The notes under the pieces are model-generated. The model did not search any database. It saw nothing but the letters and a program-made list of their open reading frames with translations, and was not told where the DNA came from. Position numbers and translations under genes: made by a program. A stretch of 56,893 nt of DNA, the filler included, from Platydemus manokwari (taxonomy: Eukaryota), in assembly GCA_037951405.1 (NCBI GenBank). It is 4 parts of 4 records of this genome, joined end to end, with 100 filler letters (N's around TTAATTAATTAA, not from the genome) between each part and the next. Parts side by side here need not be neighbours in the genome. Positions count along the whole stretch, not along the records: positions 13,199 to 33,128 come from JBBMOY011689177.1; positions 33,229 to 44,450 come from JBBMOY010832200.1; 2 more parts are not named here. The stretch is one strand, 5' to 3'. Positions within the stretch are counted from its first letter, which is position 1, and each line of letters opens with the position of its first letter. Positions 26,147-37,246 of the stretch are shown one piece after another.

Positions 26147-29100
26147 TTAATTCATTTGTTTTTTACAAATGAATTGTTGACGTATTCCACAGTTCGTAAA
26201 TTTTGTAATAAATCCGTTATTGTCTTTTCGAACATAAGAACAGAAGTGAAACGGTCGTAAAACTGAAGGGCGTATCCTAATCAAATAAAATAAAACTAGA
26301 ATTAATGCAAATCTAATTTACCTAGAATTAAGCCTGATTAAAGATTTCGCATCAATACCATTAAGTAAATTTATAGCACTACCAAGTAAACTTAATGTTT
26401 TCCCAATTTTGTATTTCGATCCACTAATAATGTTCAATCTTCCACCTAAACGTTTTGTTACTTCACCGACAATATAAGATGCTTTATTGACATGTGCTGA
26501 GAATTGTACATTTATAGCTCTTTTCATTCGGAAATTTTTCTTTTCCCACATTTTAGTTCCTGAATTATATGTGTATCCGCTTTTAATGAGCTTATTCATT
26601 TTAGAAAACGTATCAAATGTTTGTACAAACCAATTTATGAAAGCCGTGTCAATTTTATCAAACTGATTATTATCTACTGCTGTTATTATCATTTGGATAT
26701 TATCCTTTATATTTTGACGACTTCCTTCATCGATGTATTGTAAAAGATTTGTCCACTGATAATGTTTCAATAATTTAACTTTTTGTTTAAATTCTGCTTT
26801 TGTCTTTACATCGAAGTTGGTATTGGAAATTTCATTTCCACTACTTTCTACAACGCGCTTTTCCCATATTTTCGTTTCAAGATTGTACTTGTAACCGTTC
26901 TTAATAAAGCCATTTATTTTAGATAATGTTGTGAATGTTTGCATAAACCAATTAAGGTAAGTCATATCAATTTTATCAAACTGATTATTATCTACTGCTG
27001 TTATTATCATTTGTAAATTATCTTTTATATTTTGACGACTTTTTACATCAATATACTGCAAGAAATTTTTCCATTGATAAACTTTCAACAATTTAATTTT
27101 TTCTTTTAATTCTGATTTTGTCTTTGTATCGAAATTGGTTATGATATTTCTAGTTCCACCGGTTTTCACAACATGCTTTTCCCATACTTTTGTTTGGGAA
27201 TTAAATTTGTAGCCTTTTTTAATGAAGCCATTTATTTTTGAGAGATTATCAAATACTTGTAGAAACCAATTATAACTTCCTTTATCCAGTTCGTCAAATT
27301 GCTTATCATCAACAAATCTTACTATTTCTTTTATTTGTTGTCTTAATTGTTGCCGAATATTTTCTCCGATATACATCATTAAAGTTTCCCATTGAAATTG
27401 TTTTAATAGTTTCACTTTTTCTATCAAAGTAGATAATAATTTTCCATCTAATGCGTTTAATTTCTTAATTTTTAAATTTTCTTTATTAATCAAATCGATA
27501 ATATTTTGTATTTCATAAACCCAATCGAATTCAATGACGATTGGTTTACCATTTGATTTTGACATTACTTTTCTAATTCTTTCAATCCACAAGCTTTGAT
27601 CGATTCCGGATACTCGTTTGATAAGTTCAACCCAATTACTTGGAAGACTAAATTGCAATGAATTAATAATTTCTGTTGATGTTTGGGGAACGTTAGCAAT
27701 CTTTAATTTTTGTAAGTTGAAAATAATATCATTTAACCATTTCAAATAATCTAAATTAATTTTATCATACTTTTTAGTTTCAACAAAACCAATAAATTCT
27801 TTTATCTTTTTCATCATCACAGCTCTCTTAGTTTCATCTATATATTTAGCAAGTGCATTCCAATTAATTTGTTTCAAAAGATTTCTGTATTGCAATGATA
27901 ATTTCACTAAAATATCTTTGTTGCTATTATTTGGTAATTTTGGAGGGGCCTTTATATTAGCAAGTCTCTTGAAATTTCGAAGAACTTTCTTAATAAATTT
28001 TAAAAGTGGAATATCCAAATTTTTGATATCTTGTTTTTTAACCAAATTAATATATTTCTGGATTTTCTCTGAGACTTCAACTCTTGAAGTAGAATGAAAA
28101 TATTTAAGAAATTGAACCCATTTCATTTGTTCCAAAAGTTTGACAATGTGAACATATTCCTTAAGTAGACCACCATTATTCTTCGATTGATAACCAGAAA
28201 CATTCCCTTTCTCTTTATCTGTAATTGCTGGCAATTTACTTTGGACTGTTTTCACTACTAGTTGAACAAAATTCATTAAATCAGGAGTAATTTTATCAAA
28301 TTGTTTGCTAGTAATGAAAGAAATAATTGTTTTGATTTTATTCGTAACTTCGAGTCTTTTATGTTGTGGGAATTGATGAGTAATTTTGTCGATTGGTATT
28401 TTCATCAAATAATCAATAATCGTTGGATTTGGAAGTTTATATTTAACTTTGTCAATGGTAGCAGTGATAAATTTGATTAGATCAGGAGTAATTTGATGGT
28501 ATTGTTTTATTGTCATCAAATGAATAATGGATTTGAATTTTTGAATAACTTGTTGTCTATTAGGTTGTGGTATATGCTTGAGTATATTTTCCAGAGGCAT
28601 AATTTTCAAAAATTCGACAATATTGATAATTCGAGGTAATTCCTTATTACCTTTTGGCAATGATTTATTATCCACTGGCAATTTACTTTGAACCGTTTTC
28701 ACTACTAGTTGAACAAAATTCATTAAATCAGGAGTAATTTTATCAAATTGTTTGCTAGTAATGAAAGAAATNNNNNNNNNNNNNNNNNNNNNNNNNNNNN
28801 NNNNNNNNNNNNNNNNNNNNNNNNNNNNNNNNNNNNNNNNNNNNNNNNNNNNNNNNNNNNNNNNNNNNNNNAAATTCGACAATATTGATAATTCGAGGTA
28901 ATTCCTTATTACCTTTTGGCAATGATTTATTATCCACTGGCAATTTACGTTGAACCGTTTTCATTACTATTTGGATTTTTTCAATTAAATTTATTATAAA
29001 TTGAAGTAATTCTTTATTTATTTTGTTGAATTCGTTTTTCTGAATAAAATTTTCTAATAATTTGACTTTTTCTATTGTTTTTGGTCTGTTATTTGGTTCA

Positions 29101-30936
29101 ATTATTTGAAGTAGATTTTCCCAGTTGATTCTTTGTAGAACATGTTTTATTCGATTAAATTTTTCGGCTTCTTCATCTTCTTCAATGTCAGCAATATCAC
29201 AATCGCATGTTTGTCTAATTTTGATTTTTCTTAAATAACGAATTATTTCATGCATAATCTCTAATAAATCCAAACTAATTTTCTTCACATCTCTCATCTT
29301 TACAACTTTTATAAAATATTTAATTTTATCAATAATTTCTGGTCGAATTTGTCCATGAAAATCTGTTATTAGTGATTCCCAATTCAAAGTTTCTATTAAT
29401 TTTACGAATTTGAAACTGGTATCTAGAATGACTTTTTCTTTTTCGACATTTGTTTTTTTCTTATATGTTAGCCGTATTCTCAATTTTCCCAATGATGTAA
29501 TTATTTCATTTATTGAATTAATGAGTTCAATGTTAATCTTTTCAAATTCTTTGTTACGAATCCTATTAATAAATAACCGGATTTGTCCAGAAATTTCTCT
29601 TTTTTTACTTTCTTCTATGTTGATTATAATGTCTTCCCATTTCAAATGTTCTAATAATGAAAGATATTTATTAGCAGTATCCTTTATTAATTGTGCTCTA
29701 TTTCTGTCTACTCCCTGATCAAAGATAATTCTTATTTTAATTTTTAATATTTTTTTAATTATATCACTGAAAAATTCAATCAAATTTCTATCAATTTTAT
29801 CTACTTGATTTTTTCGTATAAAATTAATAAACATCTTTATTTTTGTTATAATTTCCACACTTCGTGCTTCATCGTAACGTTTAACTAAATCTTCCCAATT
29901 AATTTCTTCAAAAAATCGAATACATTTCAACACGTTTTCTATTGTTAATTTTTGCTTTGCGACATCTTTTTTAACATTTACGTAATATTTGATTTTGAAA
30001 GTTATTAATTTCGATACGATTTTAGTGATGAATTCAATTGTATCACTATAAAGATTATCAACGTTTTTCCCTTTCACTAATCTAATAAATGTATTGATTT
30101 TTTCCAAAATATCTGGTTGTTTACATTTGTCGAAATAGTTGAGAAATTCATCCCAATTTGTACTTTCAAGTATATCAGAATATTTCGATAAAATTTGTAA
30201 AATTATTTTTTTCATTTTTTCATTTTTGATATCACTGATTTTTATTAATTTTCGTTGTGTATGTGATTTCAATTTGATTCGGAACTTTTTTGGTAATCTA
30301 AAACACAAAGATCATATTTCTTCAATTATATTTATCATTATAAAATTTGTTGTTGATAATTTTTACCGTATATTTTCATATTTATTATTAGTGGTTAATT
30401 TTAATTAAATTTTTACTTTCTTAACTTAAATTTAATTATTCTTTTAGCTGATTAAAAGTAATAAATATGTTTCACCTTCCAAAGTGTCCCCCACTGTAAT
30501 CGACCATCCAATATCTATTTTTCGTTATTTTATTAGCCACTGGTTTCAAAACAGTCTGTAATTAAAATTAAAATTCATTAAAAAAACATTTCTTTACGAG
30601 ATCAATCTAACCATATCGTTATCGCTAAATGGAGCTGAATTTTGTTGTTGAGTTTTTTGTTGACAAATGACTTGAGCATCTTCATAAGTTGATTTGAATT
30701 TCGACACATAGTAACACGCTTGGTTTGGCACACAAATTGTTTCTAAATAAAAAATAAAATTAATTATTGTCTAATATTAATATATTAATGTTTCTATTTC
30801 TCATACCAAATTCATTTTCTTTACCGTCGGCATGAATGGCCATACCTACAGAAATTAAATGAATCGTCGAAAACATTAGCAATGAAACAATAGTCTTACA
30901 TATAATTGTAAATGACAATAATGTTATTGCTAACAT
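26147..30936 (-). CDS. Large secreted protein (>=~1,525 aa): signal peptide + N-half of C-type lectin-like domain + >=13 helical repeats + RMKR site + C-half of C-type lectin-like domain
   Basis: Exons (minus): 30936-30900 MLAITLLSFTII; 30845-30807 CMAIHADGKENEF; 30742-30612 ETICVPNQACYYVSKFKSTYEDAQVICQQ...; 30555-30476 TVLKPVANKITKNRYWMVDYSGGHFGR; 30297-26322 (giant exon, ORFs 28755..30308 and 26318..28882 joined across the N gap); 26276-26147 RIRPSVLRPFHFCSYVRKDNNGFITKFTNCGIRQQFICKKQMN*. All five introns are GT-AG with matching phases. AATAAA at 26137-26132. Confidence 0.85.
28772..28871. other. 100-N assembly gap inside a collapsed 447-nt coding tandem repeat
   Basis: Both flanks match internal parts of the 447-nt unit (gtaatgaaagaaat at 28311 and 28758; the VDNKSLPKGNKELPRIINIVEF block on both sides). 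No TTAA linker. Confidence 0.85.
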
Positions 30937-30973
30937 TTCTTATCGCAATTATTTTCCTCAACATCTTCGAAGC

Positions 30974-30981
30974 TATTTATA
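30974..30981 (-). promoter_or_regulatory. TATA box of the split-lectin repeat gene
   Basis: TATAAATA on the minus strand, 38 nt upstream of the ATG at 30936. Confidence 0.55.
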
Positions 30982-31779
30982 CGAATTGAATAAAGTAAAG
31001 GATTCCAAAATATAAATCTCAAGAGTCAAAATCCAATAATCAACTCAAAATAAGTGTTTTTATTAAATCGTGGTACGGTTTAAGATTTTGAAAATCTCGG
31101 AAACAATTCCTACTTTTAGACTCTTGATTTTACAAATTTCAATCAACTTATAAAATAACCCTATCACTGATATATAACACTTGTGTTTTGAAATGTATAT
31201 TTGAAGTTTTTCGTATATGCTATATGCAATTGAAAATTTCGATCGTATTGATTCAATATTATATTAAAATTAGTCGTCGTCTCAAGTTCGAAAGGTTTAG
31301 AAAAATGGGTGGAATTATTCATAAATTAATTAAGTGATTTTCGTATTTTAAATTGGTATAAATCTTTACTAATAATATTGGACATTATTTATCTTTATTT
31401 TTGGAAGTTATAATTTATATATGCTGTAATTTGATGTTTCTTTTTTTGAACATTATCTATTTATCTATAACTTACGTACATATTAAAAGATTTAGAAAGA
31501 TTTTCTAACCAAATTAATTAAACTATTTCTTCGTAATTTTGGATAATGATCGTGGTCAAATTGATTATAAAGACAATAGAAATATTATTTATTGTTTATG
31601 TTTTGAAGAAATTAATATCAGTATAAGAATAAGTGTAGTAGTGGTGATATATTTTAATTAACTTAGTTATGAGTCTCAAGTTATTTAAACAATGAGCTAT
31701 GTTTATAACAATGGATATGAATAATGACTTTATGATCCCTATATGATTGAGAACTATAGCTTGCTAATACAAATATTTA

Positions 31780-32200
31780 TTAACAATTAACAACAATACA
31801 AAACTGATAAACAATAATAACATAAAAATTACAAATTTTAAAACTACACTTTACATCAACTTATGCATATAACAAAGCCTAACAACTCCTGGACAAAGAG
31901 ACGGTTGATAACCTGCACTCTTGGAGCAAAACCGATTACCTTTCAAGAGCTTTGAGCAACAAACTCGATAATAGAAAATAAAGCAATACAATATATAATA
32001 TGAATCAGTATTTTACGCAAATGGATCTTACTTTTGGGTTTTCCAATAAGATACTGGGTATATAAAAATACCATCCTTCTGCACTGAATGGTCTTCTATT
32101 GTGCGCTGGTCAAATTGTGAAATAATGTTTTCTTCTGTAAAAGATAATTGGTTGACACGTAACGGCAACTTCGTATAATTGTGGTTGTGGAATAATAGTA
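31780..32200. repeat. Diverged dispersed repeat family C, copy 2
   Basis: Same orientation and colinear blocks as 23830-24260. Confidence 0.5.
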
Positions 32201-32414
32201 GTGAAATTATGGCTTAATTAATTGCGACTGCTGTCTTGTATAGGCAGTGTGAATCACTCGCAGATATTCTCTGCCATTAAACCTAATTCCAGCGAATTTA
32301 TTATTTTATCGATAGAATTTATTCACTGGTGAGAAAAATTCTCTTAGAATAAATTTATTTCACTAAGAAAGTATCTCTCGATTAAATTTAATCTAGTGGT
32401 TATTGTATTCTGTA

Positions 32415-32485
32415 ATAATAGATGACAAATTTGTCGATGTTATAGCGCGATAATAGATGACAAAATTTGTCGATGTTATAGCGCG
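32415..32485. repeat. Near-perfect 35/36-nt tandem duplication
   Basis: ataatagatgacaaa(a)tttgtcgatgttatagcgcg x2, head to tail. Confidence 0.95.
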
Positions 32486-33128
32486 ATATCTTATTATTTT
32501 AGGGAATTTCGACGGATATGCTCTTGGTGATTTTACTGATATTATTATTTTACGTATATATAAATAATAATTAATATAAGAACCAATATTTTAGGCTGGT
32601 TTTTGCTCAAAAATTCCAAAAGAACCCCAACAATATTATTAATTTATATTGAACGGTTGTTTAGGATTTGGGAATCTGAATTTAAACGATAAATGAGAAT
32701 TTATATTCGAATTTGAAGTTTTTGTTTATACTAATGTAATATTTATTTTGACCTACTTACACCAGCTTTTGGACTATTTTTACTGACTCTTCAATAAATA
32801 AATTTAAAAAGGTGACTGAAGAAAAACAATATTCCAAAATTTTATTAAACCAAAGTATCGGTGAATTTTCTAAAACCATTATTAAAACCTGTAATTCAAA
32901 ATAATAATAAGCAAACATTAGCAATAGCAGACGAAAATAAAAATTTAAAAGCTATTGAAAATAAATAGTAAATGCAAATATTGAATATATATTGAACAAA
33001 AAACAGATAAAATTAATAAAGAAATAAGAATAAAATCCTGAAAATTTCGTATAAAAATAAATATAAATATAAAATTAAATTAAAAAAGAAGATATTTGTA
33101 AAAGTTTTTTGGGATATTTAATTAAAAT

Positions 33129-33228
33129 NNNNNNNNNNNNNNNNNNNNNNNNNNNNNNNNNNNNNNNNNNNNTTAATTAATTAANNNNNNNNNNNNNNNN
33201 NNNNNNNNNNNNNNNNNNNNNNNNNNNN
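33129..33228. other. Artificial contig linker
   Basis: 44 N + TTAATTAATTAA + 44 N. Confidence 0.95.
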
Positions 33229-36200
33229 TTTATTTATTCTGCCACCACATTGATTTCCTCTCTTGTCTAACAGAAATAATAAGCAACAATTGGTTTATTA
33301 ATCAATATTTTATAAAATAACTCACAAATATAACGCTTTGAATAAAAATAAAAAAATAAAACAATAATTGAATTATTAGTCAGATTCAAAAATCAGAATC
33401 AAATTACTTTTTTCGATAAATGCGAGATAAAGATATCGAAGGTTAGAATCAATTGTTCCTAAGACTGATCTGCTGAACTGGCAATTTATTGGGTTATTGA
33501 TTGGAGTTGCTCACTGAATTAATGAGTTGCTTCAATATAGTCACACTTACTTACATCAGTTTACAACGTTCAGTTAACTTAAGATTCAGATGAGTCTATA
33601 TCCCAACTCTCTTTTTAATTGGAAGATGATCTTTTGTAAATTTCTGTGCTTATAGTTTTTGTATAAATGCATCAATTGAAAACCGAAATTCAATTAGAAA
33701 TTGTTAATTTGAAACCATTCGATCGGATATTGGAGTGGTGTCTGTTATTTGAAAGCTTTTACATCTGTGTATTCCAACCAAGATTTTTAATCATGGCTTT
33801 CATTGATTTCTGATACTCTTCACGTATCCCCCCCCTGAACAAAAGATCTTGTTTCCATATTTTAAATTTATAATGGCTTGCGTTTTTGATGAATTCTGAA
33901 TTTTAATATTAATTTCAAATAAATTATGTTGAAATAATTGTCCAACACCCTTTCTCGAAGATACTAAATTGCCCTGCACTGGAAAGTTTATTTCAGATAT
34001 GATTTTTTATCTAAAGGGTGCTTTTATAATTTTTCAAGAGACTTTGAGTCACTTGGTACATTGATAGTTACATTTTACCATTTGTGATCTAACTGAATCA
34101 AATGCCTGCGTACGAGATTAATGTTCTGTGCAATTCCTGTGTACATGCACATGTTAATTAATAATATTAGCGTGGATAATAATAGCAAGGATAATAGTAA
34201 TAACGGGTCGTTGATTATGAATAATAGTAACTGTAATAATTACACCAATGACACTAATTACAACAATAATTATTATTAACAACTCAAAATATTAATAATA
34301 ATTTATTTGTTGATATATTTCTTATTTCATTTATCGTATTCGTTATCTATAATCCACCAGTCAGCTGTCAACTCACTAATGGACTAATTCAGTGAATTGA
34401 TGATTTAATGTGTACTGATATTAGCGTAGGAACTGTCTGCAGATCAAAGCTCCACCAGTCACCCAGTTCTCCCCATTAATTCTCTTAATAATTCTCAATC
34501 GTCATCAATGCTCCGCACTCCATGGATGGTATGGATACTTTGAGATTGATTATTTTTAATTTATTAAATTCAATAATTTTCATTGATTAATTTAATTTTT
34601 TATTTAACCCATTGAATACAATTATTAGCTTTTATTACATTTATTAATCTTATTTATTTATTTTGAATTTATTTATTTATTTTTTCAATCGGCTTATTTT
34701 TTGCTTAAAAATATATCAGTTGTACTTTTTTAATTCAAATAAACCACCTAGAATAAGCATAAATTTTATGAAATCAACATTAAAGAATCAAAAAATCAAG
34801 TCGAAACCAAACCGAGTCCTTTCTAGAGTAAATAAATATATAAAATTAAATTAATACCTTACTTCATATCTTTTTGTAAAATAAACAGCAACACGAGTTA
34901 GTACCCCATTTCAAGAAGCACGAAATCAACAATTAATAAAGTATTGAATTTAAACTTTGAAAAACTTAAAAATTGTAAATCTGCTAACTTTGTTATTTGG
35001 TATAATTTAGGATTTTAGTTAATTAGGTTTTATATCTTAAAATATATAAAATTAAATACTATTTATAAAGATTATAATAATTAAAGTGTATATTAATTAA
35101 TTAAATTTAGCATTCGATTTATTTTACTGACGCCTGCATAGACTGCGAAAAGTAAAACAAGCAATATAATTTTTGTTAAATCGAGATAAAGTGATAGGTA
35201 ATTTACTAGAGTTGAGAACATTTATCCTTTTTTTAAAAGTGACATTTAAATGGGAATTCTAATTGCTTTGAAACAGTGCAGTATTTTAACAAAATTTTAC
35301 ACTAAGTTGAAATGCTTCTTTTTCTTTATGCATTTTGGCATAAAATAGTGAATATAGCGAACTTACCCGTTGAATGAGCTCATTCCAAATATTATCAAAC
35401 CAAACACAATTTAATGCATTCACTCTTTAATGTAATAATTGTTTTTAAAAATAAGTTTTGGAAATAAATATTTGCAGAGTTTTAAAAACCAATGTTCATT
35501 TTTGTAGTGAATTAAAATTTTGTACTCAGGTGTGATAAGGTTTTGTTACTTTAATGTTTATCGTAACAAAGGAGTCTGTTTTTAGCCAAATGTGTAAATC
35601 AATTATGTAAGATATAACGTTTGTAAAATATAAAACGAAACATAGGAAACAAGATAATTATCAAATCAGTAAAATTAAAAGAAATAGTATATAAGTGAAC
35701 AAAATACATTGAAGGAAGACCTCAAAACTAACAAGAGCACGAATTCGCAATAGGAAGACAATCGGAGAATCAAGCCACCAAAACCAAAAACATCAGTTTG
35801 AATTCGGATACTATAAAAATTAGGAAAATAATAAATCGATGTCTAGAAGGTGTTCTGCTATCTCAGATATTTGCATAACACTCGACAGAAAACATCACAA
35901 TGTGATAAAAAAATTATCATTTCATAATTGAACTTGGAACTTGTAAAAAAACCTTTCAACGATGAATAGTCAATTTTTAATTTAAAAAAACACCTCTTTA
36001 TTCTCTGTACTGATTGTATTATTTTTCAGTTGAATGGAGTCCAGGAACAAGATTTTTGCTTTCCTATGTTCTATTAATAAATTTATATCAACATCTAGTT
36101 ATTTTCGTTAACTATAATTACATAGATTTTGTTTCCGCAGTTTGTCAGAATCTAAAAGCATTGCTTGGATTTAATATTAATCGATTTTAAACATCACAAC

Positions 36201-37052
36201 TTAATGAGGTTTTGTGTATGTGATTTAGTACGCAATATCTTAATTATCTATTTGACTTTAAAATGACAATAAGTGCTATCACTAAGTTGTATTGATATCA
36301 CAATGTATACAGAGATGTACACAAAGCTTAATGCTGAATAACTGAAGGGCCAAGTTCTTATAAATCACTTTTATACAAATAAGGACTAAGTCTGTTCACA
36401 AATTTGTAATACCGGCCTAAAATCAGCTTCAAGTCTTACTACTACCTATGTGAATACTTTTACAAATACGATATTGTAATAAACAATTGAAAATATTAGC
36501 ATTTGCAATAACTATTACGAATACTCTGCTTAGAAATAAAAATTTTAATATTTGATTGTGGTTGTCAAATATTCTTTTACCGGCAGTCTTCAATTGACTG
36601 TTGTGATGTTTATATCATTCTTACTTGCACCACTGTATAGTAATCATAACGCACGTTAGCTTGTTTGATTATAAATTATTTAGTTTAAACAAATTTAATT
36701 GGTTTAAAAAGTTTTATTTTTATTTCTTTATTTCATTTTCTTATTTATTTTATTTTAAAATTATTTACTTATTTTGGCTAATTAATACTTAAATGAGTTT
36801 TTAATTAATTAATTTTTTTTAATTAAATTTTTTTTTATTAACTTATTTTTATTAATATATTGAGCTTTTCAATATCATTGCTTCATTGTATTAAGACGAA
36901 CTTTATCCAGGACTCCTTACGGATTTAAACATTGGTCAAGGATAAATTTAAGAGGACATTTAGTCATTAATAATAATCGAAAGTAAATAAAATTATAATT
37001 TTGTTGAGTAGGTCACAAAAACAATGAAAATATTTACGGAAACCGTGGAAAT

Positions 37053-37246
37053 AATTATATAATAATTATATAGAAGTGTTGTGATTGAAATGAGAACTTG
37101 GTTTAAAAACTATGTTGTGTCCCTATTAGACATCTTAAAAAGTGAGATATTAACTGAATTATACGAGTTAATAAAACATCGCAATTACATGTAAAATTTA
37201 TTATTACGAAAGTAGATCAAAGGACCCCTTTTCTTAACTTAAGTCC
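37053..37246. repeat. Dispersed repeat family A, copy 3 (partial)
   Basis: atatagaagtgttgtg...aacttggttt.aaaactatgtt.tgtc.ctattagacatcttaaaa.gtgagatattaactgaattatacga...aaagtag.tcaaaggac...ttaacttaag. Confidence 0.8.

Noticed and set aside
26318-26321. Stop codon ending the 854-aa ORF
   Set aside because: AG|gtaaat is a splice donor. A 45-nt intron leads in phase to the exon with the CTLD C-half, followed by AATAAA.
28755-30308. 517-aa and 854-aa ORFs as two separate genes
   Set aside because: They share the same repeat on both sides of an N gap of arbitrary length. The 'MCF' start is intron sequence (acceptor at 30298).
27238-30408. Plus-strand ORFs 27238, 29410 and 30139
   Set aside because: Antisense shadows of the Lys/Ile-rich coding exon, with no independent features.
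32415-32485. 35-nt repeat as a CRISPR array
   Set aside because: Only two adjacent copies, no spacer, no cas genes, eukaryotic context.
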